Assembly: GCF_020745735.1 (NCBI RefSeq)
Contig: NC_083408.1
Location: forward strand, 89,868,484-89,932,483
DNA: 64,000 nt
Direction: 5' to 3'
Source of the DNA: Hemiscyllium ocellatum
Lineage: Eukaryota
Position numbers and translations under genes: made by a program. Below the pieces are notes generated by a model. The model worked only from the letters and a program-made list of their open reading frames with translations, did not search any database and was not told the origin of the DNA. Shown one piece after another: positions 25,200 through 37,238 of the stretch (position 1 is the stretch's first letter; the number at the start of each line of letters is the position of its first letter).

Positions 25200-28100
25200 A
25201 ATGCCAGCAACGCTGGGATTCTGGGTAATCCAAGATGGAGGACAGGGAAAATTTCTGGCTCTAACAGCTGCTTCTTTCTGAAGGTGCCGGAGGTGATTTC
25301 CTCGAATTCGAGGAGCAGCAATTACTGTTTCATATGCTGTAGCATTGTTTTGGAACTTTGGAAAAGAAAGTCAAAACAACAGCAGTTTTAAAAGGGAGAA
25401 GAACAGACAAAGGAAGCACATGGTGAGATCAGTGCAGGGGAGAGAGAGAAAAATAGAGTGTACCTGCACAGTACTGCCTTTGCTGTTTGAATTCCTGTAT
25501 TGCTGGACATCGGAGTGCGTCTGGGAAAATTAACAAACCGTGAAATTCACAACTGATCTTGGAGGAACTGTTTGGGCGAAGTTCACAGTACAGAATCAGA
25601 TAAGTTAACTGTGACCTACAGAAAGTTTGCAGTAATGAGCAGAGTGGGTTTTTTCTTGATTATGTTTTTTGAGATATGTCTCTTGATTAAACTTAAAATA
25701 TAAGCCGTAACTATTCATCTAACCTGGGGCAGTGTTTTGTAGAGGAATAAGACAGTATTATTTTCTGGGTCTGGAGATTGTGAAGGAGCAAAAATGGCCT
25801 TTAGTAGAGTGATATGTGCTTCTTGTCAGATGTGGGAATTTAAAGAGAGTTTAAGGGTTACTACAGATTATATCTGCTATAAATGCTGTTGGTTGCGAAT
25901 TTTATCAGATCGAATGGATCGGTTGAAGAGGCAGTTAGAAGCAATGAGGAATTTGCAACAGCAACAGCATGTGATGAATGGCAGTTAAAGGGAAAATCTC
26001 AGATACAGTCACAAAGATGGGTTAACTCCAGGAAAGGTAGGCACCTAGTGCAGGTGTGTTCTGTGGCTATACACATTTCAAACAAGTATGCTGTTTTGGA
26101 AAATGTAGGGGGTGATGGATTCTCAGGGGAACATAGTACGAACAGCCAAGTTTCTGGTATTGAGACAGGCTCTAACGCAATGAGGGGTACGTCGGGTTCC
26201 AAGAGATTAATTCTGTAAGGGGATTCTCTAGTCTGACGTACAGACAGATGTTTCTGTGGCCAGCAGTGAAAAATCAAAATGGTGTGTTGCTTCCCTGGTG
26301 CCGGATCAAGGATGCTGAGAGGGTGCAGAATGTTCTCAAGGGGGGACGAGGGGCCAGCAAGAGGTCATTGTCCACATTGGAACCAACAACATAGGAAGGG
26401 AAAAGGTTGAGGTTCTGAAGGGTGATTACAGAGAGTTAGGCAGAAATTTAAAAAGGTCCTCGAGAATAGTAATATCTGGATTACTCCCGATGCTACAAGC
26501 TAGTGAGGGGAGGAATGGGAGGATAGAGCAAATGAATGCATGGCTGAGGAGCTAGTGTATGGGAGAAGGATTCACATTTTTGGATCATTGGAATCTCTTT
26601 TTGGGTAGAACTGACCTGTACAAGGAGGACAGATTGCACCTAAATTGGAAGGGGACTAATATACTGGCAGGGAGATTTGCTAGAGCTGCTTGGAAGGATT
26701 TAAACTAGTAAGGTGGGGGGGGGGTACAGAGGGAGGAAAGAGATCAATCTGAGACTGGTACAGTTGAGAACAAAAGAGAGTCAAACAGTCAGGAACAAGA
26801 TAGGACTAATAAACTGCAATTATTTCAATGCAAGGGGCCTAACAGGGAAGGCAGATTAACTCAGGGCATGGTTAGGAACATGGGACTGGGATATCATAGC
26901 AATTACAGAAACATGGCTCAGGGATGAGCAGGACTAGCAGCTTAATGTTCCAGGATCCAAATGCTACAGGAAGGATAGAAAGGGGATGCAAGAGAGGTGG
27001 GGGAGTGGCATTTTTGATAAGGGATAGCAATACAGCTATGCTGAGGGAGGATATTCCTGGAAATACATCCAGGGAAGTTATTTGGGTGGAACTGAGAAAT
27101 AAGAAAGGGATGATCACTTTATTGGGATTGTATTGTAGACCCCCGAATAGTCAGAGGGAAATTGAGAAGTAAATTTGTAAGGAGATATCAGCTATCTATA
27201 AGAATAATATGACAGTTTTGGTAGGGGATTTTAACTTTCCAAACATAGACTGAGACTGCTGTAGTGTTAAGGGTTTAGATGGAGAGGAATTTGTTTACTG
27301 TTTACCTACTAGAGAAGGTGCAAAGCTTGACTTACTCTTGGGAAATAAGGCAGGGCCGGTGACTGAGGTGTCAGTAGGAGAGCACTTTGGGGCCAGTGAC
27401 CATAATTCCATTAGATTTAAAATAGTGATGGAAAAGGATAGACCAGATCTAAAAGGTGAAATTCTAAATTGGAGAAAGGCCAATTTTAACGGTATTAGGC
27501 AAGAACTTTAAAAAGCTGATTGGGGGCAGCTGTTCACAGGTAAAGGGACGGCTAGAAAATGGGAAGCCTTCAGAAATGAGATAACAGTAATCCAGAGAAA
27601 GTATATTCCTGTTAGGTTGAAAGGAAAGGCTGGTAGGTATAGGGAATGCTGGATGACTACAGAAATTGAGGGTTTGGTAAAGAAAAAGGAAGCATATGTA
27701 AGGTATAGACAGGATGGATCGAGTGAATCCTTAGAAGAGTATAAAGGCAGTAGGAGTATACATAAGAGGGAAATCAGGATGGCAAAAAGGGAACATAAGA
27801 TAGCTTTGGCAAATGGAATTAAGGAGAATCCAAAGGGTTTTTACAAATATATTAAGGACAAAAGGGTAACTAGGGAGAGAATAGGGCCCCTCAAAAATCA
27901 GCAAGGCAGCCTTTGTGTGGAGCCACAGAAAATGAGGGAGATACTAAACGAGTATTTTGCATCAGTATTTACTGTGGAAAAGGATATGGAAGATATAGGA
28001 TGTAGGGAAATAGATGGTGACATCTTGAAAAATGTCCATATTACAGAGGAAGAAGTGCTGCACGTCTTGAAACTCAAAGGTGGATAAATCCCCAGGACCC

Positions 28101-28680
28101 AATCAGGTGTACCCGAGAACTCTGTGGGAAGCTAGAAAAGTGATTGCTGGGCCTCTTGCTGAGATATCTGTAATATCGATAGCCACAGGTGAGGTGCCAG
28201 AAGACTGGAGGCTGGCAAACGTGGTGCCACTGTTTAAGAAGGGTGGTAAGGACAAGCCGGGGAACTATAGATTAGTGAGCCTGACGTCGGTGGTGGGCAA
28301 GTTGTTGGAGGGAATCCTGAGGGACAGGATTTACATGTAATTGGAAAGGCAAGGACTGATTAGGGGTAGTCAACATGGCTTTGTGAGTGGGAAATCCTGT
28401 CTCACAAACTTGTTTGAGCTTTTTGAAGAAGTAACAAAGGGAATTGATGAGGGCAGAGCTGTAGATGTGATCAATATGGGCTACAGTAAGGCGTTCGACA
28501 AGGTTCCCCATGGGAGATTGGTTAGCAAGGTTAGATCTCACGGAATACAGGGAAAACTAGCCATTTGGATATAGAACTGGCTCAAAGCTATAAGATGGTG
28601 GTGGTGGTGGGTTGTTTTTCAGACTGGAGGCCTGTGACCAGTGGAGTGCCACAAGGATCGGTGCTGGTTCCACGACTTTT
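25200..28680 (+). mobile_element. CR1 LINE retaining 5' UTR, ORF1 (Zn finger + SGNH esterase) and ORF2 (APE + RT N-terminal half); 3'-truncated and disabled
   Basis: 25794 MAFSRVICASC..YICYKC + coiled coil; GDSLV (~26220), VHIGTN (~26370), LHLN (~26635); YFNARGL (26821), IAITETW, GDFNFP, KSPGP, NYRLVSLTS, KAFDKVPH; stops at VPQGSVL. The 5' boundary is approximate. Confidence 0.9.
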
Positions 28681-28774
28681 TTTGGATGCAATAACGACTG
28701 AGCTGTTTATCCTCAACACCACTTTCCTGCTTTAGCCCCATAACTCTTGATTCCTTTAGTGATTAGAAACCGGT

Positions 28775-29085
28775 TTTTTTAGATTAGATTACTTAGTGTG
28801 GAAACAGGCCCTTCAGCCCAACAAGTCCACACCGACCCGCCAAAGCGCAACCCACCCATACCCCTACATATACCCCTTACCTAACACTACGGGCAATTTA
28901 GCATGGCCAATTCACCTGACCCGCACATCTTTGGACTGTGGGAGGAAACCAGAGCACCCGGAGGAAACCCACGCAGACACGGGGAGAACGTGCAAACACA
29001 CAGTCAGTCGCCTGAGTCGGGAATTGAACCCAGATCTCTGGCGCTGTGAGGCAGCAGTGCTAACCACTGTGCCACCGTGCCGCCC
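28775..29085 (-). mobile_element. Full-length HE1-type V-SINE (tRNA-derived)
   Basis: Minus strand GGGCGGCACGGTGGCACAGTGGTTAGCACTGCTGCCTCAC (A box), GGTTCAATTCC (B box), V-domain GGGTTTCCTCCGGGTGCTCTGGTTTCCTCCCACAGTCCAAAGA, (TAATC)n tail; ccggt on both flanks. Confidence 0.9.
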
Positions 29086-29599
29086 GGTCTACCTCAGATT
29101 TCATTGTATTTAACAACACAGCCTTGACAACTTTGTGGTAGAGAATTCCATAGGTTCATCATCCTCAGAAAAAAAATCCTGTTCATCTTGTTTAAATAGG
29201 CGACTCCTTACTCTAGAGATGATGCCCTCTAGTCCTCGACTCTCCCAATAGGGAAATCAACTTGGTTGCACCCGGTCAAGCCCCCTAATTGTATACATTT
29301 CAATACGGTCACCTGTCAGTCTTCTAAACTCCAACGATTAATAATTCTTAACAAAAAAACTGACGCAACTGACTTCCGTGGCCATCTCTTTTCCTCGGTC
29401 CTGTACTTTCAAACATTTAACCAGCCGCATAATTCCTCTCCTGGTCTCCCCTAAATAAGGTCATTACCCATTTCTCCAAGAAATCTCATTAGTATTTACT
29501 TGCCTCATTTTATAACCTGAACTTATCCACTCACACTCCTCCCTTCCTGCGTATTGTTTGTGGGTGGTTTCTGCACATTTTAAAATATATATGTTCACA

Positions 29600-30250
29600 T
29601 CCAGGTGGCCCTTGGTGTATTTGAGAGGCAGTGGGCCCGTCTCTGACCTCTGCAGCGGGAGAGAAGGTGACGGGGAACTCCCTCCCTCCCATCAATCCGG
29701 TTGGGGCGGGGGAGGAATTCTGACCAGGAAAACCTAGGTTAGGGCTAAACCTGGGATGCCAGGGTTCGGCCTGAGCAGAGTTAGACCCACACTCACCTTC
29801 AGCTGCAGCACTGGGCCTGAGGAGGCCTCCTCTGTACAACCTGGTCAACCGGCAGAACCACTCACACCCGGGAGCGGGGGGGGTGGTGGTGAATGAGTGA
29901 GGTGGTAGGGTCCATTCACCTCTGACCCGCTGACGTAGTGGAGGCAAGATGGCGGCCTGGGCAGCGGGAGCCGCCGTTTGGCTCGTGTTTTGAGGAGAAA
30001 GAAGGGGAGCAACCCAAGCCGGCCCACCCCGCCCCCCCCCCCCTCACAAAACGGCGCGGGGCAGCGGCCTCGGCGTTTAATTTTTAACCCCGGTATGTTC
30101 TACTTTAAATTGTGAAAGAGTCGCGTTTTCAAGACTAAACGCTGGAAGTGTTAGGAGTAGGCGGTGGAGGATTTTAGTCCAGAGACCTCCCCCTCCCTCT
30201 GTCTCTTCCCCCGATCCCCGCCTCGGCATCCAACAGGTTTCCACACTTCT
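29600..30250. promoter_or_regulatory. GC/CpG-rich bidirectional promoter shared by NDUFB1 (-) and CPSF2 (+), with candidate non-coding first exons
   Basis: The only CpG island between the two divergent ATG exons; CRE-like TGACGTAG 29931, YY1 site CAAGATGGCGGC 29945-29956, GC boxes ~29703 and ~30027; + donor CCG|GTATGT at 30092/30093; - donors GAG|GTGAAT (29920/29919) or GGT|GTGAGT (29866/29865). Confidence 0.8.
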
Positions 30251-30329
30251 GTTCAGAAATGTTCCCCATCCAGAAACTTTCAAACGCACAGGGGCTGACA
30301 CAAGCGTTCTTCTGTATCAGTATAGTCCA

Positions 30330-30481
30330 GTCAAAAAGTGTGGTGCTGGAAAAAGCACAGTAGGTCAGACGGAAGAAGCCTTCATCAGGAAAGGCTTATG
30401 CCCGAAACGACCTGCTCTGCTTTTCTAGCGCCACACATTTTGGCTCTGATCTCCAGCATCTGCAATCTTCACTGTCTCCTC
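30330..30481 (+). mobile_element. PLE-derived family A element (internally deleted)
   Basis: Inverted arms and tail ctctgatctccagcatctgca; flanked by tcagtatagt on both sides. Confidence 0.75.
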
Positions 30482-30844
30482 GTCAGTATAGTTCAGTTCC
30501 AAGTGGTGTAGTTGACGTGTGATTTGTCTCTACTTCATTAGAGTGACCAACTTTAAAAATACCATGAAATAAAGAACAGCAGATGCTGGGGATCTGAAAC
30601 AAAAAAAAACCAGACCTTGCTGGTGACCTCATTACATCTGGCAGCATCTGTGGGGAGAAGACAGAGGTAACGTTTTGGGATACGGTGATTATTCACCAGA
30701 ACAATGTTTACTCTCTTTCCACAGATGCTGTAGGACTTGTTGAGTTTTGCCAACAATTTCTGTTTTTGATTAAAAGTACAATAATTTGTAATTCCTTTAT
30801 CATAACCGAGTAAAATATTTTCACGTGGGTACACAGACATTTAG

Positions 30845-31040
30845 GCAAAAGTGGGTACTGCAGATGCTGAAGATTAGAGTCAAGATTAGAGTTGTGCTGG
30901 AAAAGCACAGCAGGTCAGGCAGCATCGGAGCTGCAGGAAAATCAACATTTCGGGCAAAAGCCCTTCAGGATTTTTGCCGAAATGCTGATTTTCCTGCTCC
31001 TCAGATGCTGCCTGACTTGCTGTGCTTTTCCAGCACAACA
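30845..31040 (-). mobile_element. PLE-derived family A element
   Basis: Complete fold-back gtgctggaaaagcacagcaggtcaggcagcatc..gatgctgcctgacttgctgtgcttttccagcac. Confidence 0.75.
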
Positions 31041-32355
31041 TATGTTTGGGAAGGCAAGGACTGATTAGGGATGGTCAACGTGATTTGTGCGTGGGAAATC
31101 ATGTCTTACAAACTTGATTGAATTTTTTGAAGAAGTAACAAAGAGGATCGATGAGGGCAGACCGGTGGACATGAACTATGTGGACTTCAGTAAGGCATTC
31201 GACAAGGTTCCCCATGGGAGACTGGTTAACAAAGTTAGATCTCATGGAACGCAGGGAGAACTAGCCATTTGGATACAGAACTGCCTCAAAGGTAGAAGAC
31301 AGAGGGTGATGTTGGAGGGTTATTTTTCAGACTGGAGGCCTGTGACTAGTGGTGTGCCACAAGGACCAGTGCTGAATCCACTATTTTTCATCATTTATAT
31401 AAATGATTTGGATGTGAACATAGGAGGTATAATTACTAAGTTTGCAGATGACACCAAAATGGGAGGTGTAGTGGACAGAGAAGAAGGTTACCTCAGATTA
31501 CAATGGGATCTTGGTCAGATGGGCCAATAAGCTGAGAAGTACCAAATGGAGTTTAATTTAGATAAATGCGAGGTGCTGCATTTTGGGAAAGCAAATCTTA
31601 TCAGGACTTATACACTTAATGGTAAGATCCTAGGGAGTGTTGCTGAACAAAGAGATCTTGGAGTGCAGGTTCATTGCTGCTTGGAAGTGGAGTTGCAGGT
31701 TGATCGGATTGCGAAGAAGGTGTTTGGTATGCTTTCCTTTATTGGTCAGAGTATTGAGTACAGGAGTTGGGAGGTCATGTTGCAGCTGTATAGTACATTG
31801 GTTAGGCGGCTATTGGAATATTGCGTGCAATTCTGGTCTCCTTCCTATCAGAAAGATGTTGTGAAACTTGAAAAGGTTCAGAAAAGATTTACAAGGATGT
31901 TGCCAGGGTTGAAGGATTTGAGCTATAGGAGAGGTTGAATAGGCTAGGGCTGTTTTCCTTGAAGCATTGGAGGCTGAGGGGTGACCTTACAGAGGTTTAT
32001 AAAATCATGAGGGGCATGGATAGGATAAATATTCCTATTTCTTTTCCCTGGGGTCTGGGAGTCCAGAATTAGAGGGCATAGGTTTAAGGTGAGAGGGGAA
32101 AGATATAAAAGAGACCTAAGGGGCAACATTTTCACTCAGAGGGTGGTATGTGTATGGAATGAGCTGCCAGGGGAAGTGGTGGAGGCTAGTACAATTGCAA
32201 CATTTAAAAGGCATCTGGATAGGTATATGAATAGAGTTTGGAGGCATATGGGCCATGTACTGGCAGGTGGGACTAGATTGGGTTGGGATATCTGGTTGGC
32301 ATGGATGAATTGGACCGAAGGGTCTGTTTCCATGCTGTACATCTCTATGACTCTA
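31041..32355 (+). mobile_element. 5'-truncated CR1 LINE
   Basis: GKSCLTNLIEFFEEVT, DFSKAFDKVPH, GVPQG, KFADDTK; tail ctctatgactcta. Confidence 0.93.
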
Positions 32356-33577
32356 AATGATTCTGAAATTTGACAATATGTGCTAAATAGTCCTGAATGT
32401 GCAAATAATTACTCTGACGATGAATTTATGATTGCCAGTGTGCTGACAGTGTGGCACACTTGTGCTTACTAGGAGCTAATTTGTATTAATACTAACAAAA
32501 AGTAATGCTATAGTAAGGTGGAATTTTGTGAGAGCTCTATAACTTTCAATAAAATTATTTATTTTATAACATGCTTACAGAAATCATGATTGGATTTAAT
32601 AGACATGGGATCTGTATTAGAGTTTCTCAAATCTATCTTTTGTATAAAAGATCTGGAAGAATATCTAAATAAATATTTTTAATCAACTTGTTCAGTTACA
32701 TCACTGGAACAGATGGGATTTGAAATGGGGCCTCCTGGTCCAGTGGTAAAGATACTGCCACTACACCACAAAAACCTAGAAAAATCCAAAAATGCTGAGC
32801 ACATGGTCAAATAATGACGGAATTGTGAAGGTCTGCAGAAGGTCATAGATTAGTGAAATGGATAGACACCAACAGTTGGCAGATATGGAAAAATGTGAAG
32901 CAATAAATTTTGGAAGTAAAATATAATTCAAATAGTAATATTTGAATGGGTGAGTATTGGAACTTCACTGTGGGGTAGCTTGGTTAACTAAAGATCATAA
33001 CACAAGTAAACCCTTTTTGAAAGAAAGCAAAACAAATTCTTTAAAGCTAGAGGTGTAGAATACAAAAGCATGGAATAATGTTGAACCCAAACGAGGCCTG
33101 GAATGCAGGGGGGGTAACTCATTGTCAGGTAGATACATGTAAATTTCTGTGGAATGAAAGGTTTCAGTAGTAGCAACTTGACATAGCAGCAAACATAGTT
33201 CCCAGTGCTCCACTTTTACTGACTTTTGTACCTAATATGTCTGTTCGGGCTTAATCTCATAGCTCATCCAGAAAATGTGATTATTTTGAATCTTTTAGGA
33301 AGATAGAAGAGACAGTGGCAGATGAAATTTATAAGCTGCACTTCTTCAGTAATCTTTAAGAATTGCAGGCCTTTGTGTGTAACACCAAAACGTTAAACCG
33401 TTTATCACTGAAACTGAAAGATCTTTGGGCAGGACTTAATTTAATTAAGAATAAATGACTTCAAATTTAGCTACTGAATTAAAATAATTGCATAATATTG
33501 GTTGAAGCGAATAGTGTAATTGCATTTAGAGGGAACCTAGATGAGCATGTAAGGGAGAATCATACAACAGGTTATGA

Positions 33578-33910
33578 TGTTTCTGGTGTCCCTGATTCAA
33601 GATGGCGTTGACACTGTATGACTCCTTGCGAGCTCCCTACAGCAGATCGAACTCTAACATTTCTTAGAAGCATTCTACACTTGTAAACTTAAATTCTAAA
33701 TCTGTAATAATTACTGGCCTCAAACAGTGCTGATCTTGCTAGTGTTGATCTTGCCTAGTGCACACCCTGTTGAAATGTAACCAGTATGCCTCTATCTAAG
33801 TCCCTTTGATCTGTGCATCCTTGCTTATTGTAATCTGCCTGTACTGCTCATAAACAAAGCTTTTTGCTGTTCTTTGGTACACATGGCAATAAATCAATTA
33901 ATTAATCAAT
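33578..33910 (+). mobile_element. Short non-autonomous non-LTR element with Rex1-like termini
   Basis: 5' ttcaagatggcg; 3' ctttggtacacatggcaataaatcaattaattaatcaat; interrupts a CR1 3' end (33490-33577 / 33911-34000). Confidence 0.45.
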
Positions 33911-34096
33911 AGATTTAGATGAGGATGAAAGTTTGAGTAGCACATGGACTTGGTTGCACTGCGTGGTCTGTTTCTGCACTATATATCCGATGTAATCTTT
34001 TGAATGCATTGATATCTAAAGATTCTTATTTGCTTCTTTTTAATTACTTATAAGCTATTTGAATGTGTCAATTTTTCTCCATTTTACCAGGGGTGA

Positions 34097-34267
<171 letters not shown>

Positions 34268-34631
34268 TAAGCAAACTATTATTTATCATGACATAATTTA
34301 ATGCAAAATATTTGAAAACTCGGCCCAAAATGCTTGGCTAAAAGAAACTGGTAATGTACAATAGATAATATTTGGAAGAATGCAAAATTCCTGAAGGATT
34401 GTAGGAATGGAAGAAGTTATAGAGTTGTGAATGAGTCAGGTTTTGGGAAACTTGGACATATAGAGTCAAATTCTAAATTTGATGTGTTACTGGGTCATGT
34501 GCCATTTTTGGTGAAAGTGGTAATGGGAGAACATGACAACACGTATTAAAATTGATGGAGCAGTGTTTTGGACAAGCTCAGGTTCACAAAAAGTGGAAAA
34601 TGAGAGGCTACTTGGGTAAACATTGTAGGAG

Positions 34632-34840
34632 CTGAAAATGTGTTGCTGGAAAAGCGCAGCGGGTCAGACAACATTCAAAGAGCAGGATAATCGGCGTTTC
34701 GGGCATGAGTCCTTCCTGAAGAAGGCTCTTGCCCGAAACGTCCATTCTCCTGCTCTTTGGATGCTGCCTGACCTGTTGCGCTTTTCCAGCAACATATTTT
34801 CAGCTCTGATCTCCAGCATCTGCAGACCTCACTTTCTCCT
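34632..34840 (+). mobile_element. PLE-derived family A element with 15-bp TSD
   Basis: TSD taaacattgtaggag (34617-34631) / taaacatcgtaggag (34841-34855); CTGAAGA..GAAACGTC at 34716-34742. Confidence 0.85.
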
Positions 34841-35624
34841 TAAACATCGTAGGAGTGCAATTTGGATATAGAAGAGCTTGGATGAGGGTTTCAGCAGGAG
34901 ATGAACTGAGGTGGAGGGTAGGTGATACTTTGGTGGTTGAAATGGTAGCTCAGCCCAAGATTGAATAGGAAGCTGCAGTTGCAGATGTTCTGGGTTAATC
35001 TAAGCCACTAACTGGAGGGGAATAGGGTTGATGCTTTGGAATAGTGTTTGTGGCAGAGGCTGAAAGTATCGGCTTTGGTCCTCCCATTTAGAAATCTAGA
35101 CTGATAGATTTTTATCAAGTAAAAATATTAGTAGATGCCAAGAAAAGGTGAGCTAAAGTGCAGATCAGCCCTGATCTAATTGACTGATGGATAAGAATCG
35201 AGAGACTGAATGCCAGGTCCACATAAGATAAAGCTAGTGATTTTGTAATGTGTGACTGAGGTAATAGAATCTTCTAGCACAATTAGAAATGATGTTATTT
35301 ACTTATTCGTTGATGACCTTTTCCAAATATCCATTTTTTGCGTGCCACCTGAAACTGTGAATTTATGTAGACTACTCGCCATTAAAGCATTTGAGACAGA
35401 TTCAAATTTCTATCTATTTTTCAACTAAAGTTTCTTTCAAACATTATTGGACATAGGAAAATTCAATGAAAATATCATTCAGTTTATTGAAAAGTATGCC
35501 CTTCATTTATTAAAAGCTCCATCTAACTATACTTACGATAAAATCAATATTTTCATGGCCCCATTAAAAATACTTTTTCCTCCATCTGTCTTGAAGTTGC
35601 ATTTTACTGGCTCTAATTTAGACT

Positions 35625-36365
35625 TGTAGTCATAAGCACGGAAACAGAACCTTAGGTCCAACTGGTCCATTCCGACCAAGTTTCCCGAACTGAACTAGTC
35701 CCATTTACTTGCATTTGACCCACAAGCATCTAACCTTTCCTATTCATGTATCTGTCCAAATGTCTTTTAAATGTTGTAACTATACCTGCATCTACAACTT
35801 CCCTCTGGCAGTTCATTCCACATAAGAACTGTGTGAAAATGTTGCCCCTCAGGCTGCTTTTAAATCTTTGTCTTCTTATCTTAAAAATATGCATTCTATA
35901 TTTGAACACACGTACCCTAGGGAAAATACTGTTGCTACTCTCCTTATTTATGGACCTCACAATTTTATAAACCTCTATAAGTCACCCATCAACTTCCTAA
36001 GTTTCAGTGGAAAAAGTCCCAGCCTATGCAGCCTCTCCCTAAAAGAGCCAGTAGCAGGAGTAGGCCATCTGGCCCTTCAAACAACTATTCTAATCCAGTC
36101 CCACCAATATCTTTGAACCCTCTCCAATTTAATTTTATCGTTCCTATAGCAGTACTCCAAAAGTGACCTCACCAATGTCTTGGTACAGCTGAAAAATGAC
36201 ATCCCAGCTCCATGATCTGAGCAATGAAGGCAAATATATGAAGCGACTTCTTAACCACTCTGTCTATCTGTGACTTTCAAGAACTATGCACCTGAACCCT
36301 TAAGTCTTTCTGTTTGACAGCACTACTCAGGGCTCTCCATTAACTGTATAAGTATTGCTCTTGTT
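35625..36365 (-). mobile_element. 5'-truncated CR1 LINE fragment
   Basis: Reverse complement of the CR1 3' end; ORF 35730-35960 has TTFKRHLDRYMNRKG. Confidence 0.85.
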
Positions 36366-36874
36366 CAATTTATATCTTTAGTTTCTATGGTTTTGGTTTA
36401 ATTTGACATTGTAATCTGAGTATATTTTATCCATCCCATTTAATATTTCGTTATGGTTCTGGTGCCTCTGTACTTGAGCTCAAATTTCATTGAATTTTGC
36501 TTAATTTATCCCTAAGACTGAAATATCTGTTCCAGTCTTCAGCATTGTTCAATGTATTGCATGGTATATTGTGCTGAGGTAAAACAAAATCCACTACATT
36601 CCTGAGAAATTTAGCAAATCTTGATTCAAAAGTGTCTGATTTTAGTAAAATAAAAACAAAACAATAGCAGTTTTATCAATTCTCTATTTTTGCAGATTTG
36701 TTTCGCATTTGACCTGAACTTCAAATCAGCAGTTGCTTAATTTCTGAGAGCCAATTTAAAAAGTATAGTTTTCAGAAAGACTTGTTGTGTTTTCTCATAT
36801 GAGTAAAATGATCAATTAGACATGAAGTTAATTAGTTATGACAATCTTACAATGCAGTGTAACTTTTGTTGCAG

Positions 36875-37034
36875 ATATGTTCATTTGGTTGATGCAATCC
36901 TCCTTTCTCATCCTGATCCCTTACACTTGGGAGCTCTTCCTTATGCTGTTGGAAGGCTGGGTTTAAATTGTGCAATTTATGCCACAATTCCAGTTTACAA
37001 GATGGGACAGATGTTTATGTATGATCTGTATCAG
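36875..37034 (+). CDS. CPSF2: CPSF2 coding exon 2 ([23 protein letters not shown]...MYDLYQ)
   Basis: ttgcag|A TAT.. CAG|GTGAGT; 160 nt, phases consistent; degenerate metallo-beta-lactamase motif SHPDPLH. Confidence 0.97.
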
Positions 37035-37238
37035 GTGAGTTAATTAGAGGATATCTGTGTTTATATTCACTTCAGTCTTCCATTACTCACTTTTTGCAAC
37101 ACCTCGAATTGGGTAGTAACTACATGCCTATTGTGATCACAGGAACTGCCAGCTGCAGCAAGTTTTTCTGTTCAGCCTGCTGTATGATTTTTTTTGTTTG
37201 AACAATTATAAAAATAATTAAAACCTTAACAGAATATG

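Noticed and set aside
25794-25988. QQQQ stretch near ATXN3 as a possible polyQ exon
   Set aside because: It is on the wrong strand, upstream of the ATXN3 start, and part of CR1 ORF1
28990-29085. tRNA-like A/B boxes (also at 15662-15875) as tRNA genes
   Set aside because: They continue into SINE body and tail sequence and do not close a cloverleaf
29531-29947. 138-aa minus-strand ORF at the promoter
   Set aside because: Non-ATG start, GC-rich stop-poor sequence, no recognisable protein features
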